From positions 9,432,443 to 9,496,442 of the forward strand of contig MU054693.1 in NCBI GenBank assembly GCA_013239625.1: 64,000 nucleotides of DNA. The letters run 5' to 3'. Position 1 is the first letter of the stretch. Each line of letters begins with the position of its first letter. The notes below the pieces were generated by a model that saw only the letters and a program-made list of their open reading frames with translations, had not been told where the DNA came from and searched no databases. Of this stretch, positions 13,897-26,122 are shown one piece after another. The position numbers were made by a program, and so were the translations under genes. The DNA is from Lama guanicoe. Taxonomy: Eukaryota.

Positions 13897-14150
13897 CAAC
13901 ATTGCCTGAAATACTTTTCCATGGAATATGGGTTTGGGGAAGTGTTAACAGATGTTCTTCCAAGAATAAGAAGTTCCATGGGCAAATAGAAACCAAGTTG
14001 AACAAGGTTCTCCCCTGCAGGCCTTCTCAGAGCCTTTAATGTGCTGATGGGGAGACCGAGCAAGGAACATTCCTTTCCAAGGCTTATTGGACTTCAGAAT
14101 CATTTTGTTTTGAGCCTAGCATTTCTGCAAGTATGTTTTAGGGGGCATTC
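13897..14150. mobile_element. MER103-like hAT-Charlie DNA transposon fossil
   Basis: Core ctgcaggccttctcagagcctttaatgtgctgatg matches the recalled MER103C consensus. Confidence 0.7.
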
Positions 14151-14200
14151 TGGCCTCCATCTCTCTCCCTATTAGTCAGGGTGTATGCTTGGGGCAAGAG

Positions 14201-14218
14201 AAAGGTCATAAAGGTCAT
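14201..14218 (+). promoter_or_regulatory. Perfect nuclear-receptor DR3 (AGGTCA taa AGGTCA) / tandem NBRE motif
   Basis: (AAAGGTCAT)x2; motif match only, function untested. Confidence 0.4.
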
Positions 14219-15329
14219 TTGCAGGGGACAAAGGAGTCGGTCCCAGGCCTTATGCTCCCAGGCTAATGCTGTAAGGAGGGGGAAGGGACCCAGCAGTGGC
14301 TGAGCTCCTACTTTCTGTCTGACGCTCCATCACTGGTTGCTGGTGTGGTGATTTTCTCCCCAATACCCCACTGGGCTGATATTCTTATCTTTGCTTCACA
14401 GAAGAATGAGACTCAGAGAGGCCAAAGGACTTGCCCAAGATCACACAGGAAGGAAGACACAAGGTAGGGTCTGGGACCGAGGCCTATTCAACTGCAGCAT
14501 CTATGCTTCTCCTGGAGGCTGCTCTCACACTGTAACTCAAGATTTCTTCTGACAAAAGCTCCTCAAACCTAAGAATCCACACCCCACTGAGCTCTTGTGT
14601 GGCCCCAGTCTCCCAGATCTTCCTTTCCCCACTGCCGGGAGCCCAGCTTCTAAGGGTCCCCTTCACCTTAACTGTCAGAGAGAAAAATCCCCCTCTATCA
14701 CGGGCTACGAGTGACTGCAGGACAACGGGCTTTGTACCCAAAGACACCAGCCCTACCACCCATGACTTCCCTCTGTCTCTCCTGACCCCTCTCCCCACAG
14801 TCCAGGGAGGAGACCTACCTTCACGATGCAGGGTCTGGTTCCAGCTCCACTCTATTATATGCCCAGGATGGAGTGGTCCTATTTCAGGGGAAGGAGAGCA
14901 GACACACTAAATTCCCAGGCGGATTAAAGCTCCATTTGGCTGGAAATGCAGCTTTTTTTTTTTTTTTTGTAAAAGTCCTTGATTTCTGCACTGTCAGAGG
15001 CTGTTTTTAAATTTTATGTTTTCCAGTCTTTTAGCATGCTGCCTGGTTTGCTCTCACACTTTACTGGGCAATTTTCAAACATTACACCTCGATCCTGCCA
15101 GACTTTGGAGGTGGGGAAGGTCAAGCCTTCAGGGCTTGGATGGATGTGGAGTTGAGGGAAGGGGCTGGAGCGTGGGAGAACTTGGGAGCCTCACACCCTG
15201 TCCCGGTGAGGAGCTGGACCACACCACGCAGGTGGGGTTCAGCTCTCTCAGCTCTGCGCTCTATCTCCATGGCACCTGCTGGGAGATGCAGCCTTGCCCA
15301 GGGGCTAGGTCCATCTCTCCGCATCGCTG

Positions 15330-15720
15330 CTGGCTACTCACTCGTGAGCCCCAGGGCAGGGCATTTCACATCTCTGTGTCCTCTAATGAGGGAAGCAAAT
15401 AGAGTTGCTTCATAGGGTTACCGCAGGGCCTGGGTTCTTACATGCAAAGCACCTGGAAGATACCTGACACGTGGTAAGTCCTCAGCAGACATCAGCTGAC
15501 ATGAGCCTAACCGCTTTCACTCACTGAGCCCTTGCTGTGTATTTTATGTATCTCAACTCGTTCAATTCCTATAAACAACAGCAACTCGAGGTGTTGACAC
15601 TCCATCTGACAGATGAAGAAAATGGGCCTCTGAGAGGTTGAGTGACTTCCCGCACATCACACAGCTGGTCGGAGAGGACCAAGAACTGAACCCAGGTCTG
15701 TTGGATTCCAGTGTCCCAGC
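15330..15720. mobile_element. Tail-to-tail MIR pair (plus 15330-15500; minus 15510-15720)
   Basis: tctctgtgtcctc...catagggtt...tacatgcaaagcacc; gacagatgaagaaaatgggcctctgagaggttgagtgactt. Confidence 0.65.
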
Positions 15721-16309
15721 ACCTGGCCCTTCCTACCTTGTGCTAAAATATTTGAGTAGATACTGTTCTTTCTGAGAATTTGGGTTTCTAGAGAGCAGCA
15801 TCCCCTGCCAGTTCACTTTTGTTACCCCATGGCACCTGCACGGAACATCACCTACAGGTATTTGTGGAATGAGTGAATGGTCTCCGGGAGGAATGAAGCT
15901 CATGCTCCCTGAGTCCCTACTGGGTGCGGACACTTTGTCAGGTATCTCTTTAAAGTCTCACTGAGGAGGTGTTATCTTTGTTTTACAGCTGCGGGAATGC
16001 CAGAGGACTCCCCTCGCTCCAAAGCTAAGAAAGGAGATTAGATGCTCGATGACCTTTTAATGGCCTTTGCAGAGATACACTTAGAAGAAAATGGAATTTT
16101 AATACTGAAAGGAGTTGCAGAAAGGCAAAGACAGTGCACTCAGCCTCCACTCTCTAGTAGAAGCTGTGCCGTGGTTAGAATAGAGACTTGAGAAGCCAAC
16201 GAACTTTCCCTAACCTTGGCTCTATCCCTTTTTAGCTGTGTGACATTGGGCTAGCTCTTTGACATCTCTGAGCCTCACTTTTCTGTAAAATGAAGACAGT
16301 CAGCCTATA

Positions 16310-17150
16310 CGTATCTATTGATCATCTGCCAAGCGCCATTGCAGGCACTGCAGGTAGGGTGGTCAACCAGAAGGCAGAATCCCACTGTCAATGGGGCTGA
16401 CACCATTGCAGGGGCAGGGCCCCAAACAACACAGCCAGCACTCACCTTGGCAGTTTCGAGTATACATTAGTGCTTGAGACCAGCTGACCGGAGTCAAAGT
16501 GCCCGGGATGGACGAGGTGGTTCCCATTACAGAAACAATACTTGAGCCCTTGATGATGAGAAGAAGCCATCCATGCAAGTGTTGGGATGTGCGTGCTCCA
16601 AGCGGAAGGCACAACAGCTGTAAGACCCCGGGATGGTGGAGCCTGGTGTTGGCAGGACAGGCGGGTCAGGGTGGCTGTGATGGATGAACAAGGGAGGCGG
16701 GTGGAAAGGGCGAGAATGCACAGGAGGGTACTGGCCAGGTGGCCCAGCACCTAGTGGCCCTCAACGGGGCACATGGATTTCATTCGGGATGCTATGGGAA
16801 GGCCGTTCAAGAATTCGAAGGCAAACCAGGAGGCTGTGGTAACTTTCCAGGTGTGGGTTGATTGTGGCTTGGAAACAGGTTAGAAATGATGACAAGTTTG
16901 GATTCACCTCCTATTGTAATGGTTGAGGTAGAGCCAAGAATATTCATCACTGAGTGTAAGGAGGAGAGAGCTATAAGATGACTCCTAAGTCTTGACCTTG
17001 GGCATTTGCGGGGATAGTCCTGCTCTTTATTAAGATGGGGGAGGCTGGGGAGGGGAGGGAGGGGGTAGGAATCAACAGTTCTCATTTGAGGATGTTAAAT
17101 TTTAAATACCATAAGACATTCAGATGGAGATGTTGGAAGGGCAGCAGTTT
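16310..17150 (-). mobile_element. L2 LINE fragment
   Basis: Reverse L2 motifs (agccatccatgcaag, agatgactcctaag, ggatgttaaattttaaatacc...agacattcagatggagatg). Confidence 0.7.
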
Positions 17151-17159
17151 GGGAAAGTC

Positions 17160-17479
17160 TGCACTTTTGGGATCACTTGTGTAGTCATGGGACTGCATGA
17201 CTAGGTCTGGTCAAAGAGCTATGAGTGGAAGTGACAGGTGAGATGCTCGGGCTGGAACATTTAATTGTCAGACTGAGACATCTCCTACCTTGGTGGGTGA
17301 GCATGGAAGTACATATCAGGATGGAACTTTCATCACCTTGGACTTCAATGAGCAGAGTCTCCTGAAGACCTATGTACCATAAATAAGAAATAATCCATTT
17401 TTAAAATATGAAACTGCTGCATTTGGGCAGGGGGGATGCTTGTTTCTGCAGCATATTTTCACCTCTTCTGACTGAATCA
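17160..17479 (+). mobile_element. Old MaLR LTR (MLT1-type)
   Basis: catgactaggtctggtcaa...atgagtggaagtgac; end ttgtttctgcagcat...ctgactgaatca. Confidence 0.6.
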
Positions 17480-17569
17480 GCAGTGATCACCAGCAAATGA
17501 GACTGAGAGGTTCCTGCACTGATGGTGTTCACTGTCTATGAGGCAGTCCAGCAACCTTCACAAAGCAGA

Positions 17570-17935
17570 GTGAGGGTTATGAGTGTTCCTATGAGGACAC
17601 GTAGGGGGCTATGGATGGCAGGGGAACCTATGCTGGGATGCAGGAAGGCTTCCCTGAGGAAGGGGTGTTTAAGCTGAGATTTGAGGGGTGAGTGACAGTT
17701 AGCCAGGTGGGGGAGAAGCTGGAGTGAGGGGGCATTCTGAGCAGACGGCATTGATGTGTTTGAGAGTCAAGAGGCAAGAGAAAGTCTAGAGCAATTCAGA
17801 GATGAAAAGAACGATGTGTCTGGAATGTGTAGGGAGTGAGGGACAGAGTGATTCAAGGTGAGTGTGCAGACACGTGCTGGGCTTAGGTGGTAGAGGGTTT
17901 TGTCATTTTTAAATGCATTTTGTACTTTATCCAAG
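17570..17935 (-). mobile_element. L2 LINE fragment
   Basis: caggaaggcttccctgaggaaggggtgtttaagctgagatttga. Confidence 0.7.
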
Positions 17936-20149
17936 TTTTAGGGCTGAGTTTAGCATCTAATATGCCTAACTCTCAGCCACTGCCTTCTTCCTAAGTTAAG
18001 TCAAGGAGGCATCTGGGGCTGAAGGGTTTAGCAGGAGTTACTCCCAAAGCCAACCAAGTAAAGGCCTCCTGGTCTTTGAAATGGGAGGGGGAAGAAGCTT
18101 TGAGTCCTTATGGCAACTGAGGGAATGCTGATAAGTCCCCTTCGCGGAGCCCTTTGGAGCTCACCCTCATGTTCTTAGTGGGTTGCCACTAAATCCTGGT
18201 GGCAAGAAGTCAGGCTGCTTCATGTCCATCCTGAGCCTGACAGCCTAGAGCATTTCAAGGATTTGAAATTCACCCCCTTCCTCTCTGGGATTTTGAGAGA
18301 ACCTTGCCCAAAGATCAACAGACAAGCGGGAAGTCAAGTTTGACTTTCTCCAAAGCCAGGTGATTCCCCATTCCCAGCGCCAAGTGCTGATCCATGCTGA
18401 TCTGAGGAACGTGGAAGGTGGACTCATCCAGAAGGCTTGAGTGAGGTTCCCCTCAACTGCTCCCTGACCCCAAGTTACCCTTCATCTCTGTCTAGATCAT
18501 CTCCAACTGTATGCCTCCAGAAAATTAATGGCTGGATAATCCCTCCATCACGAGAAGAAAGGCCATTTGGAAACAAAGAGAATGAGCATGTTCATTTCTA
18601 AACTGTTGATGTGCTGAGCTGGTACAGCTGCCTGGCTCTTGGCTCGGGCAGTAACCTGGCCAGGCTGCCACATGGAAGAAAGTCCACAATAAGAAGATGG
18701 CCGGGGGCTTAGGGCCTTCCTGCACCTTGGCACTCTCATTTCATGAAGCAGGAAGTAAGATGAAATAGGAGAGAGGCCTCTTGCATGAGAACATACGTGA
18801 AATATTGGACAAGAGGATAGGCCTTTAACATACGGGGACCTACCCAGCCCATCAACATGGCCTAGAACTTCAGGTTCCTCCTGTCAATCAGATGAACAGC
18901 TCCTCCTCCTGTGGGTGGAGCTACCAGAGGGCAGCTAGTCCATGACAGCCTGGGCGGATGTCCTGAACTCACAGGACACACAGGGCACAAACATACTCCA
19001 GACTCTGCCCTCTTTCTTCACCTGACCCTCTTGCATATTTTTCTCCATTGCCCCTTACTTCCATGCCCACTTCTAAAAAGATGGTGGGAAGGTGTTCCCC
19101 GGGCTGGGAGGGCTGGTTAAATAACTGCTCCATTTACATGTTTTGCTCCCACCTCAAGGCCTGGATGAGAGAACTGTGAAATAGAGCAGCGCATTTCAAG
19201 CCCACATGATCTAAAATGTGCTTCTTATTTTTAAATTGGACTTATTTATACATTCAACGGTTACTTTTTATAAAGGCAAACGGAATAGCAATGAGAATCC
19301 TCTTCCCTTTTCGTATCACATGTGGATGCCTCAAAGTTCTGTACACCCTGGGGTTCTCCCATCCCAGCTGCATCCCTCTGACCGAACCGGTCCAGTGTTT
19401 GGGGGAGGGGCCCTGGGTCTGTCTTTACACATGCCTATGGTATGGTCGCCATGTTTACATTTTCAGCTCTTGGAGATCAAGTTGACTCCAAGAGTCTTCT
19501 TTTGTGAAATATCTGAGCAAGTTTACACTCTTGGAACTTGAGAGGGTGAGGAATGTGGACTTGGATCTGACCAGGGTTCTATCCACCCAAGGTTAATACC
19601 TTGTCCCACTCAATGTCTACTGTAGCATCATTGTCAGTGTCTCTCAGGGAACTTCACATACTCACTCATTAAATGATACACATGGACTCAGCACCTACAG
19701 GTGATGCTCAGGTGCCAGGAATCTGCTGCTACCCAAGGCAGGCTGGGCTCTGGACTCCATGGGGCTGACATTCTAGGGTGTCTGGGACCCACCCTGCAGT
19801 GCAGACTCAGCCACTCAATGTCATTAAAATCAGCGTCATTCTGCCTTGAAGCTGTGCAATGTACTTGAGGAAACACAAATGGAACAGAATTACTATTATT
19901 CAACGGGCCTGAACTCTGCGGAAAGTGTGTTGAGATGGAGTTGAGGCTGTGGGGTCCATCAGCTCTGAGCTGAACGCTGGACTCTCCACAAAGGGGTTGG
20001 GTGAAGGTTGGTAAGCTGTTTCATTCCCTTGTACTCCAGTTTTCATCTTTAAAGGGGGATATGCAAATACTAGCTTTGCAGGGTTATTGCTAAGATGAAG
20101 AAAGAGGTTGTAATTAGTGGCTCGAATTTAATAAATATTAACCTCACCT

Positions 20150-20335
20150 GTCTCTGTACTTCCCACAGCACTGTGCTAGGAAATGCTTAAGAACAATTAC
20201 CTTTAAGGAGCTCGCAGCCTGGATGGTAAGCTTTGGGAGGACAGGTACAAGGTCTCTTTAGTTTCCTGTTATGTCCTCAGCACTCAGCTCCATGCCTAGC
20301 CCACACTCAATACATATTTGTTACTTACTGACTCA
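20150..20335. mobile_element. Inverted (back-to-back) pair of L2 3' ends
   Basis: Minus L2 (cactgtgctagg...aaggagctcgcagcctgg) fused to plus L2 (ctggatggtaagctttgggaggacagg...ctcaatacatatttgtt). Confidence 0.6.
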
Positions 20336-21420
20336 GTAAACATGGGTTTAAAGACCATCAATCGAAGGCAGAAAATGATTGATCTTTTGGGAGAGGTGCT
20401 CAGGGCAGCAAGTGGCAGCTACTGCGTTAGTGCTGGAATTTCCATGATGACCCAGAGACAGGGAGAGGGAAGAGCATTACAGGAAACAGCTGTGTGATAC
20501 TGACAGAGCGTCAAGTGCAAGGTGAGGGCTAGTGGAAGATGAAGCCGGAGTGGTAGGCAGGGGCCACGACCTGGAGGACTTTGAACTTGACTCCTTAGGA
20601 ACCATTGAAAAACTTTATTCAGGTGTGTGTGACACGGTCAGACTTGCATTTTGGAAAGATCGCCTGGGATGGATGGGAGGGATGCAAAAATAGAATTAAG
20701 GGGTCCAGTTAGGAAGCTGTTGCAGTTGGGGAGGAGATGGTGGTGACTTGAGGTCATGGCAGTGGAGGAAGGTCCAGGGGAAGAAGAGGCTGCTCAGTCT
20801 ACAGGAGTCAGTGGCCACTCAGTGTCCAGCACAAGGGTACTTGGGAGGGAGGGTAAAGCCTTTTGATCTGTGTCCCCACCAAGTATGAAGGGAGGTGTCT
20901 TGTATTTCTCCGTGAGGACTGGGGCGTTGTCCTGGAGGAAGTTCCTTCTCGGAGCTCTCTGTTAAGGGAAGAGGAATCACTCACCAAGACTGGTAAACAA
21001 AGGTGTTGTCAAACAGCCTTATTGAGAAGTAATTTAAATTAACCTCGACAGTGGATTAATAAATAATAAGGCCTGAATGGCTTATAAAGAAATCAATTAC
21101 ACTATAAATTTTAAAACAGCACGTGCTCAGCTCCGACCTAGCGAGGCCACGGCTTTCTTGAGCCATTCCAAATGTGCCCAGACTCAATTCCAGGCAATTT
21201 CATGACTCAGGGGTTTAGACAGGATGCATTCAGTGGCGCGGATTGCCATACCTTCTGGAATGGCTAACGGACATTCAGGAGGTGAGGAAGATTTGAGGAA
21301 AACAAGATAATCTACCCTCATTCTCTACCTGTAATATGCATCATGTGATCTAGACAGGCACCCACTTTGCATGATACCCAGACTTTGCAGGGGCTGCTAG
21401 GGACCTGGGGTCATGTGGCC

Positions 21421-22074
21421 CAGTGGTTCTCAGCCCTTCCAGACTAATATTTTGTGATGTGCCCTTTATTATCCTGAAATGGAATTCGTAAATTAGATAA
21501 ACCCACCTAGACATCTCATTTTAAAAATCTATATAATGCCCACGCAGCAAAGTAAATGAAAAATAGAAAGCAAAGTAATTTATAATAAAATAATATGTAT
21601 GCTGCCATGTGAACGAGAGGCTATGACTGGACGGGGAGACATAATAGCCGTCAGATGACTGCTTGATGGAAACTGAACTGGACACTCAGATACGTGAATA
21701 GCCCAGCCTTCAGAAGCTGTGATTTTCTGAAACAGTGGAGATCAGAACAAAACAAAGTACAGTCTCCTTCATTTGCATGGTGGCTGCATTCCTGGAAAAT
21801 TCAGTGTAGGTTAAAAATCATGCAAACATGCTTTGCGTCTGTATATGAAATGGAGCTAGGGTCTAAGCTGAGATAATTACAGCAGGGATTTTGCATTTGT
21901 ATGTCAGGTGGGACATTCCAAAGTCAAGCCAGGTGTGGTCCAATTTATTGGAGAGGCTCTTCCCATGTGCTGCAGGCTGTCTGGCATCTACATGCCAGTA
22001 GCGTCCCTTGCATCTACTGCGGCAGCCAGAAATACCTCTGGAAATGTCCAGGCTGCCCATAATGAGACCCACAG
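21421..22074. mobile_element. MER20B-like hAT-Charlie DNA transposon, near full length
   Basis: Starts cagtggttctca, ends tgagacccacag. Internal aaagtaatttataataaaataatatgtat and aacaaaacaaagtac...cattcctggaaaattcagtgta match the recalled MER20B consensus. Confidence 0.8.
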
Positions 22075-22790
22075 TTCTTTTCCAGCCTCCTCATGGCTTG
22101 GATCGAGATATGGAAGGCTGGAGAAGGGAAAGGACTTGCATAAACTCACACAGAGAGTTCCTGGCGGAGGGAGTCTGGAACCCGGTTCTCCTGTCTGCCA
22201 GACCAGTGCTTACCATTGGCCTGACTTGACTGCAGAGTGCATGTATAGTGGCCCCTCCTCCAATGCCTTTGTACCCTGGCCTGTGGGGATGTCCTTTCTC
22301 CCAGTCCATCCCCATCCCGTAACCTGTCTGCCGTGAATTTGAAGCTTCTGGACTATCTGCCTATTCTTAAAGTGAGAGTCATCTGCATTTTAAGACATAC
22401 TATGTTTATTTTCTCCTTTTTTCCTATTGTCTTATTCTAAGCAAAGGTGGATAAAGGACTGTGTATAGCAGTGTGTGCCTTGTGATCTGAGGAGCATTGA
22501 GAAATTCTTCCTGTATCAAAATTTCTCCCCACCAGCTGGCTAGGATGCCTAAAATTCCCCCAGAACTTTGAGTCAGGGCATTTGAAATTCTCCTTTAAAA
22601 TGCAAATGTTTTTTATTTACTCATATGAGTTCTTCACTCACCTCTGGCTCTTCAGTTCCTTTATCTTTACCATGGGGTTAACCACACCTATTTCCTAGAG
22701 TCGTTATGAGGGTAAAACATGCTAGATGCATACAATGAAAACACTTGTCCCTACTCCCCTTCCCTACCTGGAGGCGACTCTGTGTATAGG

Positions 22791-22924
22791 CAGGGTGACT
22801 ATATAATTTACCATCCAAACTGGACCACTTCTGGAGGGAGGAGGGGGCATTCCTGATAATTACACGACGACTGTAGGCATAAACCAGGACGGTCTCAGGC
22901 AAACCAGGGTGCGTGGTCACCCTG
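22791..22924. mobile_element. MER94-like hAT-Blackjack MITE
   Basis: Perfect 9-bp TIR cagggtgac/gtcaccctg; 8-bp TSD tgtatagg/ttcatagg (6/8 match). Confidence 0.85.
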
Positions 22925-23108
22925 TTCATAGGAGGCTGTAACTGGCTCCAAGGTCTGTAAGCTCAGTTACTTAATACAAATATCCCAGCTCAGTTAGCTG
23001 GGATGGGGAAGAAAAAGGAAGGTCATTACGTATGTAGTGGCCAAAAAATTCATCCAGACTTAGGTTGAAAGCCTTCTGACTTTCTCTGGGTCCACTGTGA
23101 AAACTAGA

Positions 23109-23230
23109 TTTTTTTTTGGTAGGGGGAGGTAATTAGGCTTATTTATTTTGGAGGAGGTACTGGGGATTGAACCCAGGACCTCATGCATGCTAAACACACA
23201 CTCCACCACTTGAGCTACACCCTCCTCCCC
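23109..23230 (-). mobile_element. tRNA-Ala-derived SINE (camelid vic-1 type)
   Basis: Minus strand: A box tagctcaagtgg, anticodon loop ttagcat, B box ggttcaatcc, then aataaataagcctaattacctcccc and an A tail. Confidence 0.85.
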
Positions 23231-23286
23231 TTACTTTGGATGAATGACAAACATCAGCCACTCACTTTCTGTTCTGCCACTGCTAC

Positions 23287-23665
23287 TGCGTTGGTTTCCC
23301 GGGGCTGCTGTCACAAAGGACCACAGACTGGGTGGCTCAAAACAGCAGTCATCTGTTCTCTCACAGTTCTGGAGGCTAGAAGTCCAAAACCGATGTCTGG
23401 GTGGGACCATGTTCCCTCTGAAGGCTCTAGGGGGAGCGGGATTTTTCCTTGTCTCTTTCTAGCTTCTGGTGATCGCTGACAATCCTTGGTGTTCCTTGGC
23501 TTAGAGACACATCCCTTCCATCTCTGCCTCTCTCATCCCTTCCATCTCTGCCTCTCTCATCCCTTGGTGTTCTTCTTGGACATGTGTCCAAATTTTCCTT
23601 TTCTTATGAGGAGACAAGTCACTGGGTTATAGTCTGCCCCAACCCATGATGACCTCATCTTGAGC
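23287..23665 (-). mobile_element. MaLR LTR (MLT1B/C-like), partial
   Basis: gctgctgtcacaaaggaccacagactgggtggc, ctcacagttctggaggctagaagtcc, tgacctcatctt. Confidence 0.85.
23510..23565. repeat. 24-bp perfect tandem duplication (2.3 copies) inside MLT1
   Basis: catcccttccatctctgcctctct x2 + catccctt. Confidence 0.95.
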
Positions 23666-24409
23666 TTGGGTTTTTTAAATCTCAAAATTGGGGAAATAAA
23701 CTTCCACTTTCCTCCCAAGTTTGCTGTGAGGATTGATTATAATACTAGGTATAGATGAGCTTTTTAAACTCCCAAAACCCTGCTCATATGAGTTGTGAAT
23801 ATTAAGATGGGAGGAAAAGAGGGCCAGTGGGTTTTAATTAAGAGAAAAGAGTGCTCACCAGAGCAACTAGGTTTGTAAGGTCTGAGGCTCAGAGAGGGTA
23901 AGTTGCCAGACTCAAGGTAGCAGAGCACTGAGTTGGCATAAGAGAGTCATCATGCCGCCTCCCATTTCTCCATCCTGAGTTTTCGGTCCTGGCTGTTTGA
24001 TCCCCGGAAGTGAGACAACCAAGCCCTTCCGGCCCCCCACCTCCCCCTTCCTTGGGGAAGTGCTGAGGACGAACAGCAGGCTTTGCCTTCCCAGCAGCGA
24101 GGCTGCCATGAGTTCGCAGGAAGTCTGCTTGTGGTTTACTTTATCTCAGAGTGATGGAGAGTGGGCCTGTCTGGAATACGAAGGAATCTGAGGCTGAGAG
24201 CAGGGATCCAAGTCCTGCCCAGCTCAGGAGAAGGCAGCCAGGGCCAGGGACTGCGGCTGCCAACGAGGACCAAGTGAGGTCTCTCAGGTCACGCACCCCA
24301 AGGTGAAAGCAGATCTCGAGTCACCGATGTGCTCTCGTGTGTGTGTGTGCATCCACTACTTTCTCTGGTTTCTCCCTGACGACCAGCATGCTTCTCCATC
24401 TGTCTGCAA

Positions 24410-24575
24410 GTTTTAGTTTTCAAAACATTTTCATGTGCTATATTCTTTGTGATCCTCAAAAGGAGCCCACAAGGAGATTGGTTGACTTCTCCCCATTTTG
24501 CAGGTGGAGAAACTGAGGCCCAATGTGGGAAAGGACTGGGTCAAGGTCACACAGCAGAGCTGGGAGAGTCCAGGC
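24410..24575 (-). mobile_element. MIR SINE
   Basis: ccccattttgcaggtggagaaactgaggccc...caaggtcacacagc. Confidence 0.8.
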
Positions 24576-26122
24576 TTTCTTCCCCACATGGCAACTTATG
24601 CTACAGTCCTGCAGCTTTCCTGGGGGTGCCCTGCAAGTCAGTCAAGAAGATGCTCTCCTGCCTCGTCTGGGTCCCCCAGCCATCAACCCTCCTTTCTGGC
24701 TGATTGCTTTACCTTTCGTTCTGGGCCAGTCCTCTGAGTTCCGGAGCCTGCTTCAGCTTTCCCCTTCTCTGAACCAGGCACTGCACCATCTTCATTAGAC
24801 CCAGAATTACGCTCAGCTTCTGTTATTCCTGTTTTTAAAACTAGAGCTTAAAGTGCTTGAGAGTAGGTACTTATTCATGGGATGTTGCATGTTTCCAAAG
24901 CACTTAGTTACAAGGCTAAGAGCATGGTAGATGCTCAGTAAAGGTCTGAAGGGGGTCATAGTAGTAGTCGAAGTGGCCTTTTATTGCGTACTAATGCTAG
25001 CAGGGGAGGAGATGTTAAGAGCAAGCATCCTAAGTATGGGTGATGGTTGAGAGGGAGCAAAGCAATGCCTATCACCTGTGAATAGGATCCTGGGCAGAGC
25101 ATCTCGGAGTAGTTGGCTGCATCACCCAGGCTATCACATTAGAGCCTTAGACTTGCATGATGTAAATGCCATTATTCCCACGTTAGGGGGGAAGAAACTG
25201 AGTTTCAGACAGGCGAAGGATCTTGCCCAAGACCTGATGGTTTGAGCAGGGCAGAGCCAAGATTTAAATTCAGTCCTGTTGGATTTCAAAGCATTTTCCA
25301 GAGCATTTTCTCAGGTATCAACTTAAGAACATCATCTTGCACATAGTAGGTAATTAGTCAATGGTTACTGAGTGGCACTAAGTCTCACAATAGTTCTTAG
25401 AGAGAAAGGGCAGCTGGTGGGAGCAGATTTATTTGCATTTGTACTCAAGCCTCAGACACATACTGAGTTCTCCATAAGCCCAAGTTATAGTAGAGGAAGC
25501 CCAGAGCCAGGGAAAGGGCTGTAGATGGTGTAGCTTGGGGTTTGGACCCAATGCCCATCCTCTGTTGCTGATTCACAGACAGAGATGGGGCCGAGAGGAT
25601 GGTACCTGGGGAAGCGAGGGGGTGGGGAGGGAGGACTGCATTTCATCTCAGCATTTCTATTTCCCCAGAGTGGACACCACCATGTTTCAGGACCAGCATA
25701 AAGCACTTAATTGAAATCCGTAATTCCAGCTCTCATTAGTAACCAATCTCGGGAAGCAGAGAGCACCACGACCATTGCTGATCAGCATCATGCAGACGCA
25801 GGTCTTCGGAGGGGCACAGCAAGTCCCTGGTTCATTTTACAGTTGATTAGAGTGAGTTAAACTTTGCCCTGCTTGTAAGTTGTATATTTAATATGAGGAG
25901 TAGGCAATATGGGAAGTTATCAAAATACCCCAGGTGCATTGGCAGGCCTCCAGCTGGCATCGCTCATCCTAAACAGCGTGGTGACCTCGCAGAAATGGGT
26001 CTGGGATGCCATCGCACAAGATGAATAATTCGATTGAACCTAATCAGTCCCAGGGAAACTGAGAGACCTTCATCCACGGGCTGCAGATTCTCAAGGATCC
26101 TCTCTGGTCTGTGAACCAGCCA

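Noticed and set aside
21789-21797. GAS motif TTCCTGGAA in MER20B
   Set aside because: Part of the recalled transposon consensus, an isolated 9-mer with no supporting context
23150-23225. tRNA-Ala(AGC) genes here and at 46150-46225
   Set aside because: Mutated stems, SINE tail with poly(A), and a TSD on the second copy: these are SINEs
23510-23565. Repeat-spacer (CRISPR-like) array
   Set aside because: Head-to-tail duplication with no spacers, in eukaryotic repeat DNA
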